DNA from: a virus
Lineage: Duplodnaviria; Caudoviricetes
Virus record (IMG/VR): IMGVR_UViG_3300032225_001614
Coordinates: 1-63,971 of that record
Reading direction: 5' to 3' (one strand)
Length of the DNA: 63,971 nt
A program made the position numbers and the translations under genes. Every line of letters begins with the position of its first letter. The stretch's first letter is position 1. Positions 49,287 through 57,524 of this stretch are shown here, piece after piece. The notes under the pieces were generated by a model that was given only the letters and a program-made list of their open reading frames with translations, made no database searches and had not been told where the DNA came from.

Positions 49287-49530
49287 GTTATTTATTATAG
49301 GTTATTTGTTTTAATTTAAAAATATTTTTAATGTTTTACCTCCATCTTGGAATGATAATTCAACTGAATTAAAATCACCTAATTCTTTATATAAAGTTAA
49401 TAATCTACCAATAGGTTTATCATTCTTAGCATGATTAATAACCTCTACTCTTGTTATTGGTTTTGGCATTGGTTGCTCTTCCATATTATCTTTGTTTTTC
49501 ATAGGTTATTTATTATAGGTTATTTGTTTT
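49287..49530. repeat. Gene-boundary direct repeat (49287-49312, 49505-49530; third copy 55791-55819)
   Basis: GTTATTTATTATAGGTTATTTGT shared; reads ...CAAATAACCTATAATAAATAAC(CTATG) on the minus strand. Confidence 0.9.
49311..49502 (-). CDS. Hypothetical protein
   Basis: TRVEVINH...SFQDGGKTLKIF pattern; flanked by direct repeats. Confidence 0.65.
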   Translation of the reverse strand: MKNKDNMEEQPMPKPITRVEVINHAKNDKPIGRLLTLYKELGDFNSVELSFQDGGKTLKIFLN

Positions 49531-49601
49531 GGTAAAAATAAACAATTAATTAAATTAAAAAAATTAAATTAATTATTTCTATTAAATTAGTATATTTGGA
49601 T

Positions 49602-49964
49602 ATGAAAATAGAAGTAAGCATTGGTGAAATAGCCGACAAATACACTATACTAGTAATTAAGTCAATGATGATTAATAGTCCAGAAAAATTAGTAAATATT
49701 ACTAAAGAGTATGACCATTTAAGAGAAAGAATGGTTGAATTGGATTTATTAGAAGATTCTGATGTGGCAGAGCTATTAGAGATAAATAAAGAATTGTGGG
49801 AAGTGGAGAATGTATTAAGGATGTATGAAAAAAAAAATTATTTTGGCAAAGACTTTATAGATGCAGCTAGAAGTGTATATAAATTGAATGATTCTAGGGC
49901 ATTGACAAAGAAAAAAATAAATTTTAGATATAATTCTGATTTTGTTGAAGAGAAGTCTTACTAA
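49602..49964 (+). CDS. DUF6165-like protein
   Basis: VSIGEIADKYTILVIK...LWEVE...ARSVY..ND.R...KKKIN...EEKSY; ATG 49602 preferred. Confidence 0.75.
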   Translation: MKIEVSIGEIADKYTILVIKSMMINSPEKLVNITKEYDHLRERMVELDLLEDSDVAELLEINKELWEVENVLRMYEKKNYFGKDFIDAARSVYKLNDSRALTKKKINFRYNSDFVEEKSY

Positions 49965-49994
49965 AAAACTTTATATTTGGTGTAAAATTTAACC

Positions 49995-50564
49995 ATGTAT
50001 AAAAATATCGCCATAGTTGCATTGATACTATTGCTGTTTTTATTGTTAAAATCAAAAGGAGATAGTATTTCTCCAGGCTCTACGACAACTGTTACCATTA
50101 CCAAAATAGATACTTTTGTTAAATTAAAAGACACTACTATTTTCAAAAAAGGTAAAGATATTCGCCATGACTCTACCATTTATGTAGAGATACCTACAAC
50201 TATACATACATTAGTCGATACATTAGCAATATTAAAAGACTATTTCTCAAAAATAGTCTATAGAGATACTCTTAAATTTTCAGAAGGAACAGTAATTATA
50301 ACTGATTTAATATCTGAAAACAAAATACAGGCTAGATCAGTCAATCCAAAAATCAACCAAAAAACAGTCATTATAACCAATGATGTAACTCATACAATAA
50401 AGCCAAAAGCAGCATTGTATTGGGGTTTAATAGGAACCAAACAAGATAATCAATACGGTTATGGCGGTGGATTAATGTACAAATCAGCAAATAAAGGAGT
50501 CATTCAATTGAACTTAACCAATACCAATCAAATCCAATTAGGTTATTACACTAAAATATTTTAA
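49995..50564 (+). CDS. Membrane-anchored lysis-module protein (spanin-like)
   Basis: N-terminal TM segment; DT repeats; beta-strand C-terminus; upstream of holin and lysin. Confidence 0.5.
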   Translation: MYKNIAIVALILLLFLLLKSKGDSISPGSTTTVTITKIDTFVKLKDTTIFKKGKDIRHDSTIYVEIPTTIHTLVDTLAILKDYFSKIVYRDTLKFSEGTVIITDLISENKIQARSVNPKINQKTVIITNDVTHTIKPKAALYWGLIGTKQDNQYGYGGGLMYKSANKGVIQLNLTNTNQIQLGYYTKIF

Positions 50565-50566
50565 TT

Positions 50567-50770
50567 ATGAAATTTGGTTTATCAGAATACATGCAACCAA
50601 CTCCAAAGAAAGTAAGAAAAATAGCAGATAGTTTAAGTGCTGCTGCTCTTGCTACTTCAGGAATTGCTTTTACACAAGATTATAAAGTAATGGCTTATGC
50701 GGTTTTAGTGGCTGCATTTGCAGGTAAATTTTTCTCTAACCTTTTTTCCGAAGATAATGGCACAATTTGA
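50567..50770 (+). CDS. Putative holin
   Basis: 67 aa, two TM segments, PTPKKVRKIAD; overlaps the endolysin start. Confidence 0.65.
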   Translation: MKFGLSEYMQPTPKKVRKIADSLSAAALATSGIAFTQDYKVMAYAVLVAAFAGKFFSNLFSEDNGTI

Positions 50771-51269
50771 TAGTTTATTTCCGCATATTTTAGAATCAGA
50801 AGGAACAGAATTTGAATGGGATCCAGTAGATACTGCTGGGGCAACTCGTTGGGGCTTAATTATAGATGATTTAAAAGTTTATTACAAAGACCAAACAAAA
50901 GATTGGCAAGATGTAAAAAACCTTACCCAAGACGAAGCTTTTAAAATATACAAAAAACTTTATTGGGATTATTTTAAGGCAGATGAAATTAAAAACGATA
51001 GTCTAGCTCATTTTATTGTGGATGGCGCAATTAATCAAGGAAAACCAACTATAACTAAGTATTTGCAGCAAATATGTGGTGTAACTGCTGATGGAATTTT
51101 TGGTAACCAAACACTAGCAGCCGTTAATAACCATGACGCAAAAGACCTCTTTGACCAACTAAAACAAAAAAGAATAGATAAGTATCATAGGATAGTAGAA
51201 AATAATCCAAGCCAAGTTAAGTTTATCAAAGGATGGTTACGAAGAGTAAATTCAATTTCTTTCAAATAA
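50757..51269 (+). CDS. Endolysin, GH108 lysozyme with PG-binding domain
   Basis: EG...D.AGATRWG, YKKLYWD, DGAINQG, ADGIFGNQTL, FIKGWLRRV; ATG 50757. Confidence 0.88.
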   Translation: MAQFDSLFPHILESEGTEFEWDPVDTAGATRWGLIIDDLKVYYKDQTKDWQDVKNLTQDEAFKIYKKLYWDYFKADEIKNDSLAHFIVDGAINQGKPTITKYLQQICGVTADGIFGNQTLAAVNNHDAKDLFDQLKQKRIDKYHRIVENNPSQVKFIKGWLRRVNSISFK

Positions 51270-51296
51270 TTTATATAAATCAATTATCTTTATATC

Positions 51297-51599
51297 ATGC
51301 AAGTTCAAACCGAAATATCACTACTAGACCACAGACTATCTACTATGGAGGATCAACTAGAAGAATTAAAATCTCAAATTCAAGAATTAAATAATAAAAC
51401 TAACCAACTTTTGGATGCATTAGTAGGAAATCCTATTTCACAAGCAAAAGGTTTGGCAGCAGAATTTAAAGAAATTAAGAAAAAAGTTTATGAGCATGAA
51501 CAGGTTTTAAAAAGAGCAAAATGGTTTTGGGCAGGTGTTTTAGCGGTGGGAGCAGTATTGGCTATTATAATAAATTTTCTATTGCAATTAATTAAGTAA
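51297..51599 (+). CDS. Coiled-coil protein with C-terminal TM segment (XhlA/holin-like)
   Basis: Coiled coil followed by a hydrophobic tail. Confidence 0.55.
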   Translation: MQVQTEISLLDHRLSTMEDQLEELKSQIQELNNKTNQLLDALVGNPISQAKGLAAEFKEIKKKVYEHEQVLKRAKWFWAGVLAVGAVLAIIINFLLQLIK

Positions 51600-51627
51600 C
51601 TTTTCTCTGTGTTCATAGTGTGTTTTT

Positions 51628-51664
51628 GCCCTCTTCCTTAAAAAAGAAGGGGGTTTTTATTTTG
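51628..51664 (+). terminator. Rho-independent terminator after the lysis module
   Basis: GCCCTCTTC...GAAGGGGGT stem followed by a T run. Confidence 0.65.
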
Positions 51665-51695
51665 TTAATTTAATTAATTTAATTAATTTTGGTAA

Positions 51696-53087
51696 ATGAA
51701 TGTATTAAGTTTATTTGATGGTATGTCTTGTGGTCAACAGGCACTAGAACGAATTGGAATAAAAGTTAATAATTATTATGCTAGTGAAATAGACAAATAT
51801 GCTATACAGGTAACTATGGCAAACTATCCAAATACTATTCAATTAGGAAGTGTAGTTAATGTTGATGGATATTCATTGCCAAAAATAGATTTGTTAATTG
51901 GTGGATCACCTTGTCAATCTTTTAGTTTTGCAGGTAAGCGCAAAGGTATGTCAACAAAAGACGAGCAAGAAATACTAACGCTTGAACATTATTTACAACT
52001 TAAATCAGAAGGTTTTGAATTTGAAGGTCAATCATATTTGTTTTGGGAGTATATGCGATTATTGAATGAAGTCAAACCTAAATATTTTTTGCTTGAAAAT
52101 GTTGAGATGGGGGAGAAATGGGAAAAAGTTTTGAGTAAGGCGATAGGGGTTAATAGTATTCATATTAATTCAGCATTAGTATCTGCTCAAAATCGTAAAC
52201 GTATTTATTGGACAAACATCGGCATGCAGCCTGCAGGGTTATTTGGTGATATGCATTCTATTATTAAGCAACCAAAAGATAAAAGTATATTACTTAAAGA
52301 TATTTTAGAAATTGATGTTGATAAAAAGTATTTTTTGAGTGATAAAATGATATCAGGATTTGAAAGGCATAAGGAAAGGCATAATAATAAAGGAACAGGA
52401 TTTGGTTATGTTCCCAAAACTGAAATTGATAAAGGAAATTCATTAAGGGCAAATGCTGCACTTTGTCCTACTGATAATATGATTATAATAAAAAGTCAAA
52501 CTGAAAAATTATTAGAAAAAACAGGTATTGATATTAGTAATATAATGGAACCAACTATTTTAGATGTTTATAATAAAACGCTAAAAAATGATGGAAAATG
52601 CATAACATTAACTGATCCATGTCATAATAATTTAAGATTAGTTGTTCCAAATATTTCGGTTGAAATAGTTGCACAACGTGGCAGAGGAGAAAATAACGTA
52701 CAGCAATTAGAGTCTAGGAATGATGGCAAAACAAATTCTTTAACAAGTGTTCAGAAGGATAATTTAGTTAGAGAAATAAAACAAATTAGTCATAATAATA
52801 AATCAAATGGAGGTACTCAGCCATATCAACAAGATAGAATTTATGATATAGATGGAATATCTCCTGCACTTTCATCAGGCAAAAGTGATTTAATGATATC
52901 GATAAAAGAAAATTCAGAAAATACATTAACATCTCGCATTCGCAGATTAACTCCAATAGAATGTGAAAGATTACAAACAGTTAAAGACAATTATACAAAT
53001 TACGTTTCCGATTCGCAGCGATATAGAATGTTGGGCAATGGTTGGACTATTGATGTAATTTCACATATTTTTTCTTATATAAAATAA
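51696..53087 (+). CDS. C5 cytosine DNA methyltransferase
   Basis: LSLFDG, EID, GGSPCQ, ENV, QNRKRIYW, RRLTPIECERLQ and LGNGW motifs. Confidence 0.93.
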   Translation: MNVLSLFDGMSCGQQALERIGIKVNNYYASEIDKYAIQVTMANYPNTIQLGSVVNVDGYSLPKIDLLIGGSPCQSFSFAGKRKGMSTKDEQEILTLEHYLQLKSEGFEFEGQSYLFWEYMRLLNEVKPKYFLLENVEMGEKWEKVLSKAIGVNSIHINSALVSAQNRKRIYWTNIGMQPAGLFGDMHSIIKQPKDKSILLKDILEIDVDKKYFLSDKMISGFERHKERHNNKGTGFGYVPKTEIDKGNSLRANAALCPTDNMIIIKSQTEKLLEKTGIDISNIMEPTILDVYNKTLKNDGKCITLTDPCHNNLRLVVPNISVEIVAQRGRGENNVQQLESRNDGKTNSLTSVQKDNLVREIKQISHNNKSNGGTQPYQQDRIYDIDGISPALSSGKSDLMISIKENSENTLTSRIRRLTPIECERLQTVKDNYTNYVSDSQRYRMLGNGWTIDVISHIFSYIK

Positions 53088-53092
53088 TAATT

Positions 53093-54019
53093 ATGGAACT
53101 AAACTATATAATGGCGCAACCAGCCATAAAATACTATTCGTGGCAAGTAGAAGTTTGCATAAACAATTTAATGGATAGTGGCATCAATCCAAAAAATATC
53201 CATGTAGTATGTCATGCTCAAAATGAAATACCTTCTGAATGGGTTAAGCTGAAAGAAGGTTATCCTGTTAATTTTTCCTTTTATAAAGACACTAGGGTAA
53301 CCAAGTATTATATTTCATCAATCAGACCAAACATATTAAAGCAGCACTTTGAACTTCATCCTGATTTAGAACAGTCAGCCATATTCTATATGGATTGTGA
53401 TATTGTATTTACAAAACCAATTAACTGGGAACAATTTCTAAATGATGATAAATGGTATGGATCTGATTGCCGTTGGTACATAGGCCATGACTATATAATC
53501 AGCAAAGGAGAAGATATATTAGATAAGATGTGTGAAATAGTAAGCATACCAAAGCATGTTATCCACAAAAACGAATTAAACTCAATTGGGGCGCAGTATT
53601 TAATGAAGCGCGTCAATGCGCGGTTTTGGGCGGAAGTTGAAATTGATAGCGAAAGATTGTACAAAGAAATAACTGAAATTAACAATATAAAGAAAAGAGA
53701 AAATCCTGCTTACCATGAGTTGCAAATTTGGACAGCCGATATGTGGGCGGTATTATGGGGCGGTTGGAAAATGGGAAAAGAAACAGTTTGCCATGCAGAC
53801 CTAGAGTTTTCATGGGGAACCAGTACATTAAGGGATTGGGAAAAGTTAGGTATTTACCACAATGCCGGGGTAGTTTCTTCAGGTGAAGGATTATTTTATA
53901 AGTCAGAATACATGAATAAATTGCCCTACAATGAACCATTGCAAATAAAAGAAGGAACTGCATCAAAAAAGTATTGGGAAATAATTCAAAAAGTAGCTAA
54001 AAAATCAGTATTGTTATGA
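53093..54019 (+). CDS. GT-A glycosyltransferase resembling plant peptidyl-Ser galactosyltransferase / Hyp arabinosyltransferase (GT96/GT95)
   Basis: YISSIRPNILKQHF...YMDCDIVFTKP...WTADMWAVLW...IYH motif order. Confidence 0.6.
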   Translation: MELNYIMAQPAIKYYSWQVEVCINNLMDSGINPKNIHVVCHAQNEIPSEWVKLKEGYPVNFSFYKDTRVTKYYISSIRPNILKQHFELHPDLEQSAIFYMDCDIVFTKPINWEQFLNDDKWYGSDCRWYIGHDYIISKGEDILDKMCEIVSIPKHVIHKNELNSIGAQYLMKRVNARFWAEVEIDSERLYKEITEINNIKKRENPAYHELQIWTADMWAVLWGGWKMGKETVCHADLEFSWGTSTLRDWEKLGIYHNAGVVSSGEGLFYKSEYMNKLPYNEPLQIKEGTASKKYWEIIQKVAKKSVLL

Positions 54020-54876
54020 TAATTACCAAAGCTACTTATGGCGGAAAGGATTGTTTATCCTATATACATTCTCTTGTTGTTGATAATAGATTAGTGGTTA
54101 GAGCAAGTAATAACTTGGTTGGTGATCCATCAGTTGGTCAAGTCAAGTATTTAGAACTAGAAATAGACGGCATTAAGACTAAAACTATGGAAGGTGATAC
54201 ATTTGTATATCCCGAATCAAAGAATCGAATCTTGGGTATATTCTATTCCAATAACAATAACCATAAGATATGGCCTTCAATTTACAAATCATTAGACACA
54301 ATTAAGATAGCATCAGAAGGCAAAGCTGATATATTAACTTGTATGTGGGAGCCATTGCCAGGGAATCCATTTCTGCAGATAATTAGTTGGTACAAAAGTC
54401 AATCTCACCTTAACCAATTGCTGCAAATTTTACAATGTTTATATTCAGCAAAGGATATTAGCAGTTACGATTATGTTTGTTTCCTAGAGCATGATGTTAT
54501 GTACCCAAAAGGATATTTTGATTTTCCCGAATTTGAGAAAGGTCAAATACTAACCAATATGAATTATGGTGGAATCTGCCCTAATGGTTGGCAAGAGAGA
54601 GGGCAAAATGACGAGCCATTTCACCAAATGACTATGCACTTTGATGATGCTATCCAGCATTGCTTGAATATTCTTCCCAATGCATTAAAAACAAATTCAG
54701 GTAACATAGAGAGCCAAACACTAGAAAGAATCCAATGGCGGTGCCAAAATGAATGTATCCATATCAATCATGGAATCCATTTTACTAGCCATAATTCAAT
54801 ATATAAAAAAGATAACTTAACTTTAGTTCATCCTTATTGGGGTAACCATTTAGAATACGCAAACTTATTTATATGA
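54016..54876 (+). CDS. Lectin-like N-terminal domain + GT-A glycosyltransferase
   Basis: IITKATYG...GDPSVGQVKYL (SUEL/DUF3395-like); FLEHDVMYP; IHINHG..FT. Confidence 0.65.
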   Translation: MIITKATYGGKDCLSYIHSLVVDNRLVVRASNNLVGDPSVGQVKYLELEIDGIKTKTMEGDTFVYPESKNRILGIFYSNNNNHKIWPSIYKSLDTIKIASEGKADILTCMWEPLPGNPFLQIISWYKSQSHLNQLLQILQCLYSAKDISSYDYVCFLEHDVMYPKGYFDFPEFEKGQILTNMNYGGICPNGWQERGQNDEPFHQMTMHFDDAIQHCLNILPNALKTNSGNIESQTLERIQWRCQNECIHINHGIHFTSHNSIYKKDNLTLVHPYWGNHLEYANLFI

Positions 54877-55094
54877 ATAAAGTAAAAGAAATAATACTTT
54901 CCTATGCTGCTAAAATAAATCCAACTGATGAACAAAAAGCATTAGCTGAAAAAAGATTAGAGGTTTGTGTAGGTTGCGATAAATGGGTACAAGGATCTAT
55001 TAGGGATTTTTGTTCAGTATGTGGTTGTACTACTAGTGCTAAAATTTTTTCACCTGTTCGGGCAGCTTGTCCAGAAAATAAATGGCAAGAATGA
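54873..55094 (+). CDS. Cys-rich metal-binding protein (DUF6171-like)
   Basis: RLEVCVGC...CSVCGC...K...CPENKW. Confidence 0.7.
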   Translation: MNKVKEIILSYAAKINPTDEQKALAEKRLEVCVGCDKWVQGSIRDFCSVCGCTTSAKIFSPVRAACPENKWQE

Positions 55095-55240
55095 AAACGT
55101 ATAGAGTATTTTTCATAAAAAACGGCATAAAACTAACTAAGTTAGTCTATGCCGAATCTTTGCTCAATGTAATAAATTTGTTCCCCAATATCAATATCAT
55201 TTCAATCGTGGAAATCGATATTCCTTCTGAAGAAGATTAA
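55091..55240 (+). CDS. Small hypothetical protein (49 aa, not in ORF track)
   Basis: ATGA-coupled; MKTYRVFFIKNGIKLTKLVYAESL... Confidence 0.5.
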   Translation: MKTYRVFFIKNGIKLTKLVYAESLLNVINLFPNINIISIVEIDIPSEED

Positions 55241-55375
55241 TATATCTTTTGCCAATATTCCAGTCATTGTCATTGAATAAACAATAATAAAAACCGGTAC
55301 ACTAATTATAAAAAATCTAGCAATTTGAAAACTTCTTGGGCAATTTAAGCCCTTACATTTAGTTATATCTGTCAT
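55202..55375 (-). CDS. Small membrane protein with MTDITKC..CP N-terminus, possibly chimeric or a remnant
   Basis: TAATG-coupled to the upstream gene; Cys motif followed by a TM segment. Confidence 0.4.
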   Translation of the reverse strand: MTDITKCKGLNCPRSFQIARFFIISVPVFIIVYSMTMTGILAKDILIFFRRNIDFHD

Positions 55376-55794
55376 TATTCTTGATTTAAAGGTTTCCACT
55401 TTCTATCGCCCTTGCAGTCATTACAAAGAACGCTTATCCATCCACTTGTAATTCCTAGGTCTTTTCTGCTACCACAAGACTGACAGGTATTCTCTGATAG
55501 ATATTCAGCATACCCAATCATACCCTCTATTATTTCACTTTCGTTTTTACAATAGAATCTTAGTCCACCAAACTTCTCTTTCATTTGAGTACAGGTTACT
55601 TGTTCATGATGTTTCCATAGCTTAGACTTTTCGTCATATCTTCTCATGCGGTCTATGTAGTTCTGAATACTTCCACATAGGTCATCTACTAGCTGAATCC
55701 ATCCATTAGGTACATCCCAGTTGCATCTATCAGGATTCCCTTCATAGTTCTGGAATATCTTAGGGTACTTGTTTATTAGTTCTTCTTGTGTCAT
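55375..55794 (-). CDS. Conserved phage hypothetical protein
   Basis: GW..L...QMKEKFGGLRFY...CQSCG...GWISVLCNDC. Confidence 0.8.
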   Translation of the reverse strand: MTQEELINKYPKIFQNYEGNPDRCNWDVPNGWIQLVDDLCGSIQNYIDRMRRYDEKSKLWKHHEQVTCTQMKEKFGGLRFYCKNESEIIEGMIGYAEYLSENTCQSCGSRKDLGITSGWISVLCNDCKGDRKWKPLNQE

Positions 55795-55864
55795 AGGTTA
55801 TTTATTATAGGTTATTTGTGTTATAATTATCTTTCATAAATTTGTTATTTTTAACATTTATAAG

Positions 55865-55933
55865 AAATGGGGGGACAAATTGTCCCCTAGTTGGTTATCG
55901 ATGACAGAATGCGGGGCAATCTTCAACCCATTT
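55865..55933. ncRNA. Candidate structured RNA element
   Basis: GC-rich intergenic 69 nt that folds by hand into five nested helices. Confidence 0.4.
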
Positions 55934-55940
55934 AATTTTA

Positions 55941-56351
55941 TCATATAATTGATTTTAATTTTTTCAAATCATTTGAATAAGTATCATCAAATGGATTGGT
56001 TAATTGTTTACGAATTTCATCAATGGCATAAATACAAGTAGTATGATCTCTATTGACTATTTTTCCAATTGATTTTAAAGAAAGATTAGTTTTTTCCCGA
56101 ATAAGATAGATAATAAAATATCTGGGAGCCATAAATTCCCTATTACGTTTTTTAGACATAACATTTTCTTTATCTAGGTTAAAATATTTGCACGTTACCG
56201 ATATAATATTTTGTATTAATATTTCTATTTCATCACTAGTAACTGCCACTGTTAGATTTTTGATTGAAGGTGCTATCCAATAATTTGGTTTCCAATTCTC
56301 GAATCTTATCTTTAAGGGTTTTAATTCTTTCTTTGAGTTCTTCATTTTCAA
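55941..56351 (-). CDS. DnaA C-terminal (domain IV) HTH protein
   Basis: SKKRNREFMAPR...YLIREKTNLSLKSIGKIVNRDHTTCIYA. Confidence 0.85.
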   Translation of the reverse strand: MKMKNSKKELKPLKIRFENWKPNYWIAPSIKNLTVAVTSDEIEILIQNIISVTCKYFNLDKENVMSKKRNREFMAPRYFIIYLIREKTNLSLKSIGKIVNRDHTTCIYAIDEIRKQLTNPFDDTYSNDLKKLKSII

Positions 56352-56393
56352 TTTTTATAATCGTTAATTCTTTGAGTTCGTAGTAATTGTTTT

Positions 56394-56594
56394 TCATATT
56401 TGCAATACTGACTCCTTATTCAGATAATTTTCCAATAATTCACTTTCAAAATCATAAATATCTTTTTCAGATAAGCCATCTTTTGCTAGTCTGAACTTAA
56501 ATAATGCTATTAATATTTCACATACTTTAAGCTGATCTAAATTGGTACATGAGTTAATGCAATTGATTACCCATTGTGCGTTTGAATTTTCCAT
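56394..56594 (-). CDS. Hypothetical protein
   Basis: ORF in the early operon. Confidence 0.6.
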   Translation of the reverse strand: MENSNAQWVINCINSCTNLDQLKVCEILIALFKFRLAKDGLSEKDIYDFESELLENYLNKESVLQI

Positions 56595-56604
56595 AATTAG
56601 TGTT

Positions 56605-56811
56605 TTATAATTTAAAAGGTGCTGAATAGTTTTCTATTTTGTCTTTTAATATTGATATGTTTTCTTTTTCTTTTATGTACATATTAAATAAAAAATCATC
56701 TTCTTTATCCTTATATATTTCAATCATTTTTTCAATATTATCTAATTTAATAGTTAATGCTACAAGCAAAATAACTTTTTCATTAAGTGTTAATTTTAGT
56801 TCAGTTGTCAT
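56605..56811 (-). CDS. Hypothetical protein
   Basis: ORF in the early operon. Confidence 0.6.
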   Translation of the reverse strand: MTTELKLTLNEKVILLVALTIKLDNIEKMIEIYKDKEDDFLFNMYIKEKENISILKDKIENYSAPFKL

Positions 56812-56813
56812 TT

Positions 56814-57017
56814 TTAAAAATTTGAATTTACTGTTAATACATGAACTTTACCAACCCTATTGTACTTAATTACTTCTGGCAATGGTAGTCCGTTTTTTAT
56901 CCTGTATTTAATTGCTTGAACTGTTATTGGTGCGTCTGGGTATTTCCTATTCAATCTGAATTCCTGTGGATCAACTTTTGACGCATATTCCAAAACACTA
57001 ATTTGTTTTGTTTTCAT
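56814..57017 (-). CDS. Small HTH-like protein
   Basis: SVLEYA...ITVQAIKYRIKNG. Confidence 0.55.
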   Translation of the reverse strand: MKTKQISVLEYASKVDPQEFRLNRKYPDAPITVQAIKYRIKNGLPLPEVIKYNRVGKVHVLTVNSNF

Positions 57018-57154
57018 TTTTAATTTTTAAGTATTCTTTAGTTAATATAAGCATTTCTTGGTAGTCAGTTGACCTTCCAATTTGCCTATCTAATTCTCTT
57101 AATCTTTTAGATTTTTCATCATTACCTAAAATAAATTCAAAAAATTTAGCTATT

Positions 57155-57511
57155 TTATTCATTTACTTCAATGGTTTTAAGTACGTTAATAATTGGCTCT
57201 GATGATTTAAATGAAACAAGTTTTTCAAGCATTTCTTCTGCTTCCGCTAAATTTTTAGTGCTGCTTTGTCCTACATACTGACCATTTATATTAATAGAAT
57301 ACCAGACATCACCTAAAAAATCAGTTTTCTCAATCAATTCATAAGCTGACTTTTTAATAGGTGGTTTTGATTCTTCTATCCATTGTTCAACTAATTCTTT
57401 AGCTGCATCTCTGCAATTATTTATTTCCCCTAATTCCATATCGGGGTTGCTCATAAGTAAATTAAAAATCTTTTCCTGTAATTTTTCAATTTGTTCAATG
57501 TTAATTTTCAT
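57155..57511 (-). CDS. Hypothetical protein
   Basis: 118-aa ORF. Confidence 0.6.
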   Translation of the reverse strand: MKINIEQIEKLQEKIFNLLMSNPDMELGEINNCRDAAKELVEQWIEESKPPIKKSAYELIEKTDFLGDVWYSININGQYVGQSSTKNLAEAEEMLEKLVSFKSSEPIINVLKTIEVNE

Positions 57512-57524
57512 GTGTTTTTTGTTT

